A DNA stretch of 63,071 nt, counting the filler, from Aduncisulcus paluster (taxonomy: Eukaryota): assembly GCA_024181965.1 (NCBI GenBank). It is 13 parts of 13 records of this genome, joined end to end, with 100 filler letters (N's around TTAATTAATTAA, not from the genome) between each part and the next. Parts side by side here need not be neighbours in the genome. Positions count along the whole stretch, not along the records: positions 25,726 to 35,866 come from BQXS01011759.1; positions 35,967 to 39,952 come from BQXS01011760.1; positions 40,053 to 41,786 come from BQXS01011761.1; positions 41,887 to 43,979 come from BQXS01011762.1; positions 44,080 to 46,550 come from BQXS01011763.1; positions 46,651 to 56,901 come from BQXS01011764.1; 7 more parts are not named here. One strand, given 5' to 3'. Of the stretch, positions 35,401 through 49,600 are shown one piece after another. A program made the translations under genes and the position numbers. The notes under the pieces were generated by a model. That model was given only the letters and a program-made list of their open reading frames with translations, was not told the origin of the DNA and searched no databases. Positions within the stretch are counted from its first letter, which is position 1. Every line of letters starts with the position of its first letter.

Positions 35401-35866
35401 GTGACCAGTTATATTCCGTACATATCCCTGATAAGTTGTTCAGAGGTAAAGTATGTGATGCTATAAGCAATAGTGATCCTCTTTGTGATGTCACAGAGTT
35501 TGAAATTGCTGGAATAAGTGGAACTTTTTATTCATATGGTTCCCATTTTACATCCTTTGAAGGTGCTCAGTATTTGATAAACATTTTTCGTTTCTATGGA
35601 CCAAATACAGATGTAACATCAGTTTATCCTATTTCTTTTCTTGAACAACTTCCAATCTTAGATTTTTATCAGAATTCAACTACCTATAATGGCAATATTT
35701 ATGATTTCAATTATTTGTTCACATTGAATAGATTGTTTGTATTGTCTATTTTTGGGAATGACCAAATCTATGATATATCTGTCTCATTTAGGAATGTTGG
35801 ATTGTGTTATATGTATATTGCGAATACAGATCCTCCTAATTCTATATTCATACCTCTCTGTAGATC
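32459..35866 (+). CDS. LRR/Cys-rich (EGF-like) membrane/surface protein, probable frameshift ~32910, gap duplication, 3'-partial
   Basis: Repeated C.EVYP...AVEC..GYY...CGCRSAWYGD.CDQLY.VHIPD..FR modules plus LRRs; 33671-33910 is duplicated at 33931-34170. Confidence 0.8.
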
Positions 35867-35966
35867 NNNNNNNNNNNNNNNNNNNNNNNNNNNNNNNNNN
35901 NNNNNNNNNNTTAATTAATTAANNNNNNNNNNNNNNNNNNNNNNNNNNNNNNNNNNNNNNNNNNNN

Positions 35967-38900
35967 GAAAATGTATTCAGTTCTGATAAATTTGATATTT
36001 CTGAAAGTGAATAAGAAGAAATAGCATCATCAGAAAACTCGAGATTATCCACATTGAGTTCAGTAAGCTTTGTAAAAAACCTCAATCCATCAAGATTAGT
36101 GATACCAGAGGAAGACAAGTTAAGGGCAGTGATGTACTGAAGCTCAGAACTTTTGATTTCATAGTCAGTACAATCAATAGTCGTTCCTTCTTCAAGAGTG
36201 ACATTTGAAGAATTACCCTTGGAAAGTTCAACACAAATATATTTTTCAAGGGGGTAAACATCGAGATTTTCACAAATAGAGCCTTCAAATCCATCATTAC
36301 ACACACATTTTCCTGCTGATTCATCACAATATCCGTTGTTACTGCATATATTCTCCAAGTCATCAACAGGACAAAGTTTATCACAATTGGAGCCATACCA
36401 ATCAGGGTCACAAACACAAGAAACAACGGAACCATCTTTTATGCAACTTCCATTCGTACAGCCATCACACCGTGAATCTGAAATACACTGAAAATGATCA
36501 GTATCATAGTATTGGTTGTTATCGGGGCATTCGCATCTCCAGAGATATGTATCATTGGGATTGATTGAACAAGTGGCACCATCCTTACATCCAAGATTAT
36601 AATGACATCTCGACACACACATCTTTGTTTGATTTGATACGTATGAAACATATTGATCATCTGGACACTCACAATGATATGTGATGGCACCAGATTCATC
36701 ATCAACATCTTCTACGCACTCTCCTCCACCCGAACTACTTGAGCACTTGTCATCAGAACATGATTGGAGGTCACAATTCTCATTTTGATAACCGAATGAG
36801 CAAGTGCACTCGCGTGAATCAATATCACAAACACCATGAGAGGGAGATAATTCATAACCACAAGCATAATCAACGTCGTCACTTGTCACAACTGGACATG
36901 GACTATCACATATCGAACCATACCATCCCTCTGTACACTGACACTCAATTGACACTGGAACATAATTTTCCGATGAAGAAAATGAAGAAACTTCTGCACA
37001 TTCCATATGTGTATTCTCCACACATGATGAACAATACGAAGCCTTATCAGAATCCCCATACAAGTCATCTTCTGACTCAAATTGCATGCATATGAACCCA
37101 TCTGAATCTGAATCAGACGCCAACTTATACGAATATGCCGAACAAAGAACTCCATACACGGGATTATCCTGTGAATCATTCCACAATATTTCACATAACT
37201 TATTATCGGTCAAGGAAACATCATCAGAACATTTGTTGCAATTATCCTGATTTTGGTCAGAAATATCATAGTTTGTAGAAATGCATGAGACTGAAACAAA
37301 TTGTTCAGTAAAATACAAGGATGATTCATCGTCAAAACAAATATAATTCCCACTCAAGTCAATGTTACACAATGTAGATAGGCCACAATACAAAGGAGAA
37401 GGATCAACAATAAGGTTATTACTTGCATTCACATTCTGAAGAGCAGATAAATCGGCGTGAGAGAGTGGGGTGAGGGATAATATTGAATTATTCTGAAAAT
37501 CAAGGTTAATAAGTGAAGATTTTGAGTTCGATAGGTCAGGAAGAGTGGATAATTCGCATTCAGCAATCACCAGATCAGAAAGTACCGAGAATAATGACAA
37601 AGAATCTATTGAGGAATCAGAGAGGACAGTCTGCGACAGATCTAGTTCTTCAATAAAAGGTGAAAGATTGGCAATAACAGAGAGATCTTCAGATGCAATA
37701 AAATCGAAACCTATTAAAGAAAACACAGTTAAATTGGTCAATGTAGCAAGCGGAGACAGACTAAAGAGATAATTTTGGCTTGAAAAAGTCAAACTTAAAT
37801 GTGTAATATTTGTCAAATGCTGAATACCATTAAGATTTGAGATATCTGAACCATCACATTGGACCAGAATCGATGAATCTAGTGCCTTCAAAGAGGCAAC
37901 ACTGAGATATGTTTCAGCAAAATACTCCATCAAATGTTCCGAAGATAAAAGGCCATAAATACACTCGTAAAGTTCTGAATCTTCAATCACATCAACACAC
38001 TCTCCCTGAGAAGGAATCCCATCGATTTGGCGACATTCCTGTGAATAAAAACACCCACCTTCACAATAACTCTCAAAATCATCGAGAAGAGTGCATCCAA
38101 GATCACCATCGCTTGTGTATTCAGCGATAGAATTGCTCATACACACGGGATACCAAGAATCTGATCCAGGAGCAGATTCTGAACACACAATATTGTTAAC
38201 AACATCGACATTGCGACAAGAGCAACTCCAAGAATCGTCGTGATAATAAGAAACATCCAAAGAAGATTCATACGATGTTTTTGAGTGTGATTTGAAAGTA
38301 TCCTCAACATTAGACCCACAAATAGGGTTATTTTGAATGAATAATGTTTTCAAATACATTAACGAATACATTGGAGATGGATCAGAGATAAAATTTCCTT
38401 GAAGAGATAAAGTATCAAGCAAATTACATTGCGAGAGGAAGTAAATGTCATGGTTGTATAGGTTTGCATTATTCATTGTTAATATCTTCAAATTAAGAAA
38501 ATATTGAAGTTGTTCACAGTTGTTATTCCAATTATTCGAGTTACAATTCAAGTTTTGAAGATGGTAGTTGTACCCACTGGCTGATCCAGAGAAAAGGGGA
38601 CTAAGATCATTAATTTCAGTGTTTGAAATGTTTAGAGAATTTAAGGAGTATGTCAACTTTGATAATCCGGCCACAGTTGAGATATTTGTACTGGAGATAT
38701 CAAGAACTTCGATATTTGTCAATCTAAATAAGTGAGAAATTAACAAATCTGAAAAATCATTGAAAAAACACCCATTAAGATATAACTCAGAGCAGGAATA
38801 TGAATATACAGAGCTCACAAATGGCCATGAATTGATGGTATTTGAACTAATATCAATATAAGATGCATTGAAAGAATATGACAAAGGGATGAAATCTACA

Positions 38901-39952
38901 AGCAAACTATTATTCGATAAATTAATTTTATCTAAATTCATTGCATATTCAATCCCAACAATACTTGACAATACATCTCCGGTCGAGCTTGAGTATGAAT
39001 CTGTGCATTCAATTTCACTCAGAGTCAGCAAAGAAGCCACGGAAATTGTTTCTTGATCCTCAAATATAGAATCTGTGAAACTGTCAACAACACACTGGCG
39101 AAAAGCTGGATCAGGGAGGACATTCGAACAACTACAGGAAAACGACTCATCACATCGACACACGTCGCCCTGGGCACAACCGTGAGCACACTCTGAAGTA
39201 GCATCGGTTTCAGTGGCTTGTGTGCATGAAAAAGAAGAAGATCCTGCAGAGAAAACAGAATCACTGGCACAGACAAGCTGATAGTCTTCAGACTCCCCAA
39301 ATACTGTCTCCATGCAGACCTTGTTGCTCTGAGGGATATTAATCCCATCCAAACTTCCACAGTTACAAGCTTCCGCAGTGAATATGATGGAAATATTTGA
39401 ATTAGCAAATTTAGCTTGATAATCAGCAACTACACCGTCCGAACCCAAACACACATTTGTTTCGTCCAATTCCACCTCTGCCAAGGATGCAATCGAATAG
39501 AGTGGAGATATATCAAAAACATTCGTATAACCTAAGTGTAAAGTGGTCAAAGCACTCATATTATATAAAGATAATGGATATAAATCAAATATGTCATTAG
39601 TTCTAAGCCTAAGAGTACTTAGGGTTGAACTCGAGCGAGATAAATCGGGAATGGCAGTCAAATAACGCCTTCGGAGATCCAGCAAGACCAAAGAATCCAT
39701 TGATGGAATAATCTCCTCGAGGGTCTCTTGAGTCAAAGGGCCAAATGATGATGCAAATCGAAGTTCAGTAATTGAATGACATTGTTCCTCAGTAAGGGAG
39801 GAAAGATCAGTGGTGTCTGTCGATGTCAGGACAAGAGTTGAGATCACAGGTAAATGTCCATTTCCAACTGAAGCAGCAAAAACTTCATCAGTGAACCCAG
39901 ATGTCAAAGCAACACTTAGTTCTGTGATTTGAGAAAGAGTCGATATTCGATC
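35967..39952 (-). CDS. LRR + EGF-repeat surface protein, partial at both ends
   Basis: LRR blocks alternate with Cys-rich modules and EGF-like motifs (CxCxxGWYGxxC). Confidence 0.85.
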
Positions 39953-40053
39953 NNNNNNNNNNNNNNNNNNNNNNNNNNNNNNNNNNNNNNNNNNNNTTAA
40001 TTAATTAANNNNNNNNNNNNNNNNNNNNNNNNNNNNNNNNNNNNNNNNNNNNA

Positions 40054-40716
40054 AAAGATAAGAAACTTGAGACAGATGGTGAGGGTTCTCCAAGCTCCTC
40101 CAGTCACGTCGAAGCACCTATTAAATTAGAATGTCACATATCTGCAACTTCATGTATGCTTCCATGCCTGTGTCATCATCATTCTCCCTCATTTCGAAGT
40201 ATTGATATTAAAACTAGCATTTCAGATGGTCATCTTAGCAATCCTTCAAATATTGTCATATTCCCCGATTCTTCCCATTCCAGAAACCCTCAAGAACAAG
40301 AAGATGCTGATAAAAAACATGACATTTCCTCCATTTCAGGGTCGCTTTTGTTACCTTTTCGCTATGTTATTGCTGCTTGGCTCCTTCGTGAGAAACAAGT
40401 AAGTCTTGTTATAGCACATGGTCAAACAAAGTCAATATCAGAATCAAGCCACGCCGATATTTGTAAGGAAGTGAAAGAAGAAGAAGGAGACATGAAAAGT
40501 CTGATTCTCAAGTACATGGGAATTGTGATGGCTGGCGCTGGTAAAAGTGGAACAGTACCTCTAAAATACTCCATTTCTTGTTCAATGAAGAAAGGTACCC
40601 CCAAGGGTCATATCATTGAGCTACCTGATAAAACATTCCATGAAATCGAAGCTTTTCTTGTTGAAAGGGCAAAATACATAGATCTTGGCTCTGTTTCGTA
40701 TATTGAGTTAGAATAG
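40054..40716 (+). CDS. Hypothetical protein, 5'-partial
   Basis: Frame open from the contig start to TAG 40716. Confidence 0.55.
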   Translation, partial: KDKKLETDGEGSPSSSSHVEAPIKLECHISATSCMLPCLCHHHSPSFRSIDIKTSISDGHLSNPSNIVIFPDSSHSRNPQEQEDADKKHDISSISGSLLLPFRYVIAAWLLREKQVSLVIAHGQTKSISESSHADICKEVKEEEGDMKSLILKYMGIVMAGAGKSGTVPLKYSISCSMKKGTPKGHIIELPDKTFHEIEAFLVERAKYIDLGSVSYIELE

Positions 40717-41243
40717 TGGAAATAGAATGGTGGAAATAGAATGGTGGAATCTAATAATCATATTCGTTGTATCTTCTCAGCTAACTGAATTGGAGTCGTG
40801 TCTCTATCACTGACAAAATCACTTAACACTTAAAAAAATTATTATTTTCCGCATATTGTCAATCCCTGATAGTCACATATGTTGATACACTCCATATCCT
40901 CCGGTGATTTCAACTCACCACATCAAGTTGCTCTCCATTGAATTTTAAACTTCTCCTCATTATATGGCATTTACATGTTTTGAGAGGAGTAATGAACGTT
41001 GTTTTGCATTCAAAAATGGTATTTTATATCGATTTCAAGCTTCAAGTTGAAGTGATCACTACTATTAATTCACTAGATACCTGTTTCATCCTAGAGATTA
41101 TCGAGGATAATTTTTTTTAATATAATGGTAAGAGGTTTACATTTTGATACAATTATCCCCCAAAGAATAAATTTATACGGTTCTCAAAATGATTTTATCT
41201 CTGGAAGCGATCAATCGTGTTTTGGGCGTCTATCAACAAATTA

Positions 41244-41786
41244 ATGTCAGCAATACTCTCGGGATTGTGTAAATTATCCCATTGTACTCACGTGATTGAA
41301 CTTAATATTCAGATTTTCCCATCATCTCTTGTTGGAAGGAAAAATGATAAGAAAATTGTGAGTGTTCCAAATTCTGCCTTAAAAGCCGTATACCTGAAAT
41401 TAAATGATAAGCAAAGAAAATATCTTGAGATAGTTACAACAAAAAAACCTCTGGTTTTGTCTCCAATTTCCAATCAATCAAAAACGGCTGAATCTCTCAT
41501 TTATACATGGGGAAAACAGATTAGTGATGTATACTCAATACCATTTTATGACAATACATCAACTAATCCGACATCTTATGGTCATATTGCTGAAACCAAA
41601 TCATCTCATGAATCTGTTACTCCAGTTTCTTCATCAACTATTTCATCACATAAACAGCCTCCTAGTGCTTCTTTACCAAAGAAAAGTGACAAAGAAACTC
41701 CAGATATAGGACGTTATAAACTCCCTTACGGATTTGAGTTCGATTCTTCATCTCATGGACCTTCAATTCAAAAATCTTCAATACAA
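41244..41786 (+). CDS. Hypothetical protein, 3'-partial
   Basis: ATG 41244, open to the contig end. Confidence 0.5.
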
Positions 41787-41886
41787 NNNNNNNNNNNNNN
41801 NNNNNNNNNNNNNNNNNNNNNNNNNNNNNNTTAATTAATTAANNNNNNNNNNNNNNNNNNNNNNNNNNNNNNNNNNNNNNNNNNNN

Positions 41887-43979
41887 CAATTAACGGTGTT
41901 TTTTTGTGGAATATGTGAGATTCAGCAGGTTTCAGATCTCCCTTTCCCCAAATGCCTTTCTGTATTTCCCCAATTTTCGTCTGTGGAGAAAGCCATTTCT
42001 GTTTATTCGTATCTATTGGATCGAAGGAGATCTCAAATGATGGATAATATATCGAATTCTCCTTCTACTACTATGCTATCACCATATCCAGGCGATGTAT
42101 TCCTATGTGTGGATCCTCTCCATTCGTCAAGATACTCGACCTCAAAGCTTTCTTCACCAGAGTATATTCATCAGGGAACTATAAAACGAAGGGTGTCTTC
42201 ATCGATCTATTATTCTTCGACTGAACGATCTCCTTCTACCAATCCTTTTGCCATTAATTCCCTTGGAAGTTCTAGAATAGGTACATCCCCCATGAAATCT
42301 CCCAAAAGAATAATCTCACCCGCTCCCAATGCAAAAAGCTCCCCGAAATCTAGGGGCCATTCCATGCAGATGCATGCATCTCGTCTTTTGTTTCGCCTTG
42401 ATCTTTCTTCGTCATCCATTCGTTCATTCTGTTTCTTATTCCTCTCCCTCACAAATAATTCCTCTTACTTGATGGATATCTATGGGGAACACGTTTCTCC
42501 TGAGCAGTCATGGTGGTGCCTTCGATCTCTCGTTGAACAACTTAGTGTTGTAAAGGCTGTGCTATCTTCCCCTATGTTTTCCTGTGGATCTGATGAAACA
42601 TGTGGATGCATCGCCTGTGTATGGCAGTGCGTCACGATGTGTGTGTCAGTTGTACATAAGCTAGAAAAGGAGGCACGCAGAACTGCTGTACGAACAGGGA
42701 GGAAAGATTTCATGATTTCTAGTAGTCATTTCTCTCATACAAGTTCAATATCAGGAACAAAGAGACCGTGTACAGCTTCCCACCTTGACCAAGGATCTAT
42801 ATCCTCACGTCATGGGAGTACGTCATCCCAATTTAGCACTCAGATGTCACAAATATGCAGTTCTTCTCATGGAAAGGGTGGAGGATATGGTTCTTATAAT
42901 GAATCTGGTGATATCACAGAGGATACGGTCATTGAAGGACCGAAAGAACTCCACAGAAAGCTCAGATCTATGGCTGTCGTTGTGAATTCTGTGTGTTCCT
43001 CCATGTGTGATAAGTTGAAGGTGTGTGCAAGCACTCTGATTGCTCTATGGGGAGTCATTGGGGCGAAAGATATCAAAAAGAAGAGCAAATCAGCTTCTAA
43101 GACGAGTGTGGAAGGTGCTTCTCTCTCTTTTAAGAGTCCCTCCACGTTGTCATGTTCCATTCCAAAGTCAAATATATCCATGTCGGATATTTTGATTGCT
43201 CAAACTCTCTCTGCATCCCTGGCTTGTGCCATTCGAATCATATCCCTCTTAACTTCTCTCCCTTCCTATGATGAACCAATGATTATCTCAAATACTTCGC
43301 CTCAAATATCTACAACATCCCTCAGTGCAAGACGGGAGTATTTCGATTCCTTTGGAGCTACTATCCATTCCTTTAAGAGTTCTTTGGCGTCTCTGATGTT
43401 ATTTTCTTGGTTATTCGTATCAGCCCCACCCCCACCTCCTTTCATTCTTTCCCTTTTTTCTGTGTCATTTGGAATGGCTACCAATGTTTCCGAGGAGGTC
43501 TGTAAGGTTGTCTGCAAAGGGTTACAAAAAGCACAAGAGATGAGGAAAGATTCTGATGGTTCCCCTGGCAATGGGTCATCCCGATCCATTTCTAGCTTTA
43601 GAGATGATATATATCCCGCTGGAAGTCCCCTATTACCTTGTTTCCTTGGTCCTGTTCATAAGACATCTATCCTTTCCGTTCATCAGTCAGATTTCGTCCA
43701 TGTTCTCTCGTCTCGAAGTGGTCTTGTGACGAGTCTGGTGTCCGTTGGTGACTCTTTCGTTTGTGAGGACGTGTTCATGCGTCTCTTGAGCTCCATTTCA
43801 GAGAGCCCCAATGTTACATCACCTCAGACCTCGATCGATGCTACAGTGTCATCAGAAGTCTTATCATCAACATTCAATCCCTCTTTTATCCTTCCTTTTT
43901 CCCCTGAGATTATCTCCCCAATAGGGTATATTCATGGAATATGGGATAGGTGGAGAGCTAGACGTAGAAAAGTCATGAG
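41887..43979 (+). CDS. Ser-rich hypothetical protein, partial at both ends
   Basis: Open frame across the whole contig. Confidence 0.7.
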
Positions 43980-44539
43980 NNNNNNNNNNNNNNNNNNNNN
44001 NNNNNNNNNNNNNNNNNNNNNNNTTAATTAATTAANNNNNNNNNNNNNNNNNNNNNNNNNNNNNNNNNNNNNNNNNNNNTAGATATAAAATAATCGGGTT
44101 GGTTGGTAGAGAAAATAGACATTCACGACTATCGGATTTTGAAAAAGGGAAAAAGAGCTTACACGACTAAATCCAGATAAGAATAAACAAATGATCTTGT
44201 CAAGTGGGATATAGAAGAAAATAAAACATACTTTCGATCAAAGGGGTGCCTTGGATGTTTTCAAACTGGCGATAGAGAGGAGCGTCACATTTTGACATTC
44301 TTGTAGACTCTTGGCATGGCAGAAGATCCGATCTGGGGAATAAAAATAAATGAAAATGTATTTATTATCCGCAGAAACAGTAAATAATTTATTAGTTAAG
44401 CCATGGATAAAAAAAAAGATCATCAATCGGTAGGATATCGTTAAGATCACATAAATCCACTGCAACGAGCATGAAATAAAATATAGTTGTAATGATATCG
44501 CATTGAATGACAGCGAACATCATTGATATTGTCGTTGAA

Positions 44540-46549
44540 TCACGAACGGACCCCTTTCTTGAAGAATTCATCCTTTCGCCGTTCCCAAATCCCGCCCGTC
44601 ATTCCTTTCATCGTCCGAATACACTCAATAAGAGTCCGCTTCAGCCTTTCGTCACGCACACAGCGTAACCGCACACACACGCCACCGACAACACATTTGA
44701 TCGTCCAAATCCGGTGCGAATGGCTGACATGGTCGTTGGATTGAATCGTAATAAACTTCGCCACATTCAAACAAACGGGGATTGACGCGAATCTAGGCAG
44801 AACAAACACAACCAAGGGGAACAAATGGGGCAAATGGAATGGGAAGGAGGAGAAATGGAGGGCATACGATAGAGATAAATGCTCATGAGAAACATAGCGA
44901 TTCTGAACGGAAAAACTATTCATGATCTCATTCCGAACAAAGTCAGACGGCGATGAAGTCGGAGCAATTGCATAAAAACTCTGGCCAACATGTTTCGAAC
45001 ATTCAACTACATTTTCGCAAATCGGAGATCCAAGAGACATAAAAATATGGCGGAATGAATCTGTTATCGGCTTCACAAATCGAGATCCAGAATATTCACT
45101 TCGTTGAATAGAATAGAAAGGGATAGATACAGAAGGATCAGCAGCACAAACGAGGGGAGCAAGACTATGGCGTTGGAAATTAGACAACGAATATGAATGG
45201 TGTTTGCTCGAAAGATCCTTCCCAGGAGATGTATAGACAGAACGATCTTGTTGAATGATCGAATGGTTGGCCTGGGAACTGTTATTGACGGAGGAGTTGG
45301 GCTCACAAAATGGTAAGGAAAGAGGTAATCCAACATGTTGTGAAAACATATACCCTCGATAGTGTTGTGAGAGCTCAGAAGTTGTCAATAGGTCAACGGG
45401 GAGTAATGGATTAATATGCGTCGGAGTAAACAACCGAGAAAGTAATGATGCCCTTTCCGCCAATTTACACCCACGAAGGACAGAAATTACCTTCGACAAA
45501 CGTCGAATATTAGCAATTTTTTTGCGTCGGTCAGCCTGTTCCAAAAACAAAGACTTTGCTGAACCACATACATATCCCAACGGATTATCAAACCTTGTGG
45601 ACGCATTGAGAGTTTTCAAAAGAAGATCAGAACAAGGATTTGCTTGGGAATCGAGATTGGGTCGAGATTGTTTACATTCTTGGCTTGATAAAAGCATCTT
45701 TGAGGATGGGATGCCAATTTCTCCCTTCAACTGCTTCCATTTCATGGTTTTCAACATCTTTTGTCTTATTTGAGTGTGAATATAACTCATTGAACGTGGA
45801 TGAACATGATGCAGAGTCATCCTAAAGCTGGCACTCGAGGTAGGGGTGTGGGAGAACATGGAACAAAATTCAGGAGCTGAAAACACATGGGGGATCGTTT
45901 GTTTATATTGGTTTGCAATAGAAGAGAACAAAGAATCCTCGATAACAATGTTTCTATGGGCTGAAACTGAGGAACACTCCTCAGATCCATGGGTCGAAAG
46001 CTCCAAAGGTTCAGTATTATCAACTAGGTTATCAAATGTCGGCACTTCGTCGTTCGTTGTAAGAATATCGGTTGAAACTACATCCTTTTCCCGTGATTGT
46101 TGTTCAACAATCATTCCTTCCAAAACATCAGATTCCCGTTCAGATTCCTTCTTCTGCTCATCCTCTTGCTCATCTCCCTTTTCTTCTCGTTCTTCTTCTC
46201 TTTCCTGATCTTCCTCGCCTTCAGAAACATCATCAATCATCTCAGATCCTACCTCTTGAACCTCATCGCTGTCATCACACAGATCAGACAAACTCAGATG
46301 GGCATCAGATCCAACATCTTCAACCATCATGGGTGGGGAATCGGGACCATTATTATTAGTATCAAGAACTTTCTCATCTATTTTAAGATCCAAATGATCC
46401 TCAATCTCGATAGCAGACAAAGATTTCTCTTCATTCTTGTCAGGGACCATTTCACTTTCTTTTTCAAAGCGTTCTTGATCTGTAGTTTGTTGAATATTAT
46501 TGCCTTCAGTCGCGGGAATCAAAGTAATATCACCCACAATTGAATCAAC
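44540..46549 (-). CDS. Hypothetical protein with acidic region, 5'-partial
   Basis: Open frame of more than 665 codons to TGA 44540. Confidence 0.7.
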   Translation of the reverse strand, partial: VDSIVGDITLIPATEGNNIQQTTDQERFEKESEMVPDKNEEKSLSAIEIEDHLDLKIDEKVLDTNNNGPDSPPMMVEDVGSDAHLSLSDLCDDSDEVQEVGSEMIDDVSEGEEDQEREEEREEKGDEQEDEQKKESERESDVLEGMIVEQQSREKDVVSTDILTTNDEVPTFDNLVDNTEPLELSTHGSEECSSVSAHRNIVIEDSLFSSIANQYKQTIPHVFSAPEFCSMFSHTPTSSASFRMTLHHVHPRSMSYIHTQIRQKMLKTMKWKQLKGEIGIPSSKMLLSSQECKQSRPNLDSQANPCSDLLLKTLNASTRFDNPLGYVCGSAKSLFLEQADRRKKIANIRRLSKVISVLRGCKLAERASLLSRLFTPTHINPLLPVDLLTTSELSQHYRGYMFSQHVGLPLSLPFCEPNSSVNNSSQANHSIIQQDRSVYTSPGKDLSSKHHSYSLSNFQRHSLAPLVCAADPSVSIPFYSIQRSEYSGSRFVKPITDSFRHIFMSLGSPICENVVECSKHVGQSFYAIAPTSSPSDFVRNEIMNSFSVQNRYVSHEHLSLSYALHFSSFPFHLPHLFPLVVFVLPRFASIPVCLNVAKFITIQSNDHVSHSHRIWTIKCVVGGVCVRLRCVRDERLKRTLIECIRTMKGMTGGIWERRKDEFFKKGVRS

Positions 46550-46650
46550 ANNNNNNNNNNNNNNNNNNNNNNNNNNNNNNNNNNNNNNNNNNNNTTAATT
46601 AATTAANNNNNNNNNNNNNNNNNNNNNNNNNNNNNNNNNNNNNNNNNNNN

Positions 46651-49600
46651 TTAAGGTAATCGGCATCAGAGAATCGATGGATCTTGAGATCTTCGCCTTC
46701 TTTCGCCTTGATCCAAGTGGAAGCCTGCATCTGTGGGTCGATACACAAGGGGAAACGAGAAGCACGTGTTGTAAGGATACCATTCTGGATACTAAGTTCG
46801 TCTCCAGGTAACTTCTCACTGGCCCATTTCATAATCTCAACCTCATTTGTTAACAGACTTTCCAATTTGAAATCAGAACGCAGAGGGATGCACCTTGTCT
46901 TGATATCTTCAAGAAGAGTTCCATATATCAAGTCTCTTCTATATTCATGGGTAAAGGGTCCACAGTAACACAAGAAAGCAGCGAGCAACAAGGTATCTCC
47001 AACAAGATTGATTCGATTTCTCTTGAGTTGCTTGACATCATTAGCCCAACGGACACGCTCACCACTCAAACCAGTGATAAGTTTACGCGCACTCTCAAGC
47101 TGTTTGCTCATCTTCTCGGCCTCTTGCTCAAGTCTGTTTCTTTCTTGCATAGCCTTAGTGTAACGACGATTGAGGTCAGCGCTCTTGGCTTTGAGTTCTT
47201 TCAGGAGTTTATCGGTCTCCTCTTTTGACTTCTCGTTCTGTTTAACATCCCTTTCGCATTGTCTGGCCTGTTGCTCAAGAGGATCGACAGTACTCTTGGC
47301 TTCATAGAAATTGACAATGTTCTTAACCCACTTGTAAATTGTGAAAGCAAAGGAACTAGCAGTCTTGACATCAGAAGGAGTGAAATCCTTCTTCTCAAGG
47401 TAATGGACTTTGACAAACTTAACGGCATCACTATGCAAGATATCGACATTGAAAGATTTATCCTTGAAGAAAGGACAGGCTTGCATGAATCCCATCATGT
47501 TAGGCCAAAGCAAGTTGGGAACATCACGACCACGAGGCCCCTTCTTCGTTGGGAGAGAACTTCCTTTCTTAGAGTGCAGAATGTAGACACACTGGATAAC
47601 TTTTTCAACAACAGGAACTGGAGACCTCACAGTCTTAATGTTTCTCAAGGCATCAATCTCAAGCTGGTCAAGGGCTTCCTCAGCAGCTTCAAGAAGTGGT
47701 GCGGCTTCGGCAAGCTTCAACCTAGCTTCATCCATCTTTATCTTCAGATCTCCCTTAAGAGACTCAAGCTTACGACTTGTTTTGGTTGCAATTGAGGTAG
47801 CTTTCTCAACTTCTCGACTATTTTTATCAATCTCACGCACCATTTCCTCACATTCATGCTTTTTGTTGGCAACTTCAATACTCTTGGCTTTGACTTCAAC
47901 TTGTTTCTTCTCGACGTCACGAGTGGCCTCCAAAAGCTTCTCAAGACCGTTGGAAAGACGGGTGATGTTTTCATTGGCATCCTTGTCAAGTTGAACCAGT
48001 AAGAGTTTATAAGAGTTGATGAAATCAAGGAAATTCTTGGGAGTGACACTGTTCTTCTTCTGACGTATCTCAAACTCAGACGCACATCTCATGACTTCTT
48101 GGTGAGTAAAGACAACATTGTCGACAATAGCACTTCTGAGAAGGTTCTCTCTCCTTCTAAGCTCAGATTTGGACAGTTCTTCGCTTCCCCCTGCCTCTTC
48201 CAGTTCTCCTCCTTCCTCTCCTCCTGTTGTCTTCTTCTTCTTCTTGTGGCCACCATCCAACACACCTTTCGGGAACTCAAGGTCACATAAGAGAGCGTCT
48301 GCAACAGCCTTCAGGGCAGAATTATCCCACCCAGTGAACCAATTGATGGTACACGCAGAAATGAGTGCAGGGAAAGCACGACAACGTAGCCTGAGAGTGT
48401 CACCAATAGGGGAGAAACAGAGAGCAACATGGAGATTTGATTTACAACGCTCAACAAAGAATTTCCAAAGCATATCCTTTGTCTCAACAATACCTTCACG
48501 CAGGGCACTTTCCTTCACTTGGGCATTCAATCTATCCTTCTCATCCTCAGAGAACAAGGCAGGAATCATTCCACTTGCAAGCATTGTGTTGATCAACTCC
48601 AGGAAGGATTCGTTGGCCACATGAGACTCTGTGAAGAGGAATACAACATTCTTGTTCTCAGCTCCAAGCATAGTGTACAAACGCTTGAGATCTTCCTTGA
48701 ACTCTTCTTCGCCATATCCACGAGATAAAGTGATCTCGAAGAGCTCACATCCAGCCATGAAGGCAGCAAGACGAGTAAGGGAACTCTTACCAGTTCCACC
48801 GACTCCAATGAGCATGGCATTACCTCCGGGCATCCTCAAGATACGGTGAATACGCACGAGATGGTCAATGGCTTGAGGGAAGAAAACAAGGGACATTGGA
48901 CGATATTTCTTGTTGTAATGACGGAGAGCAACCTCAGCAATGTATCCAACATTGTCAAATGAACCCAAATCTTCATATAAACGAAGAGCACTGACTTCAG
49001 GCATCTCATCAGCATCATTTTGCTCTTCGGCAGCATCTGAAAATTCATCGCCAAAGCCGTCTTGCTCGTTTTCTCCTTCCTCCTCAGCCATGGCATCATC
49101 TTCCTCACGAATGAAGATCTCCTCAAGGTTACCAAAGTCAGCATATAGAGCATGTGAGTTTGGATCCTCTTCAACGGAGAGAATAGAGCCCTGTGACTCG
49201 CCACCACGGGAAGCAGGGAGAGAAACAGGAATAACACTGGAGACACCAAGCTTCTCGGCCTCATATTCGGCCCTTCTTCTTCTGATCATCAGAGATGAGC
49301 ATGATGGGTCTCTTGACACAGTCTTCACCAAAGTGCTCAATCAACTGTTCTCCAATCTTCTTGGCAACCACCTTGCGATCAGTGTCATTGACAAGACGAT
49401 CGCAGAACACACGAGTGCACTCATTTCTCCAAAGACGACCAATTTCACCCACAGTCTCAAAACTATCGGGAGTGGCTTGGCAGACACCGTGAACAACTCG
49501 ACTAAGATCACGAAGGTTGAACACATAGTGGAACTTGGCCGGTGTGGGAGGAAGTGAGACATTAACGTGATCGTACACAGCGAGAGTGGCATCAGTGATC

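Noticed and set aside
44540..44760. KA1-like C-terminal domain
   Set aside because: Resemblance is too weak to support without a profile search.
49261..49290. Programmed frameshift or split gene in dynein
   Set aside because: One extra G (AAG-G-GCC) explains it; a sequencing error is more likely and no splice signals are visible.
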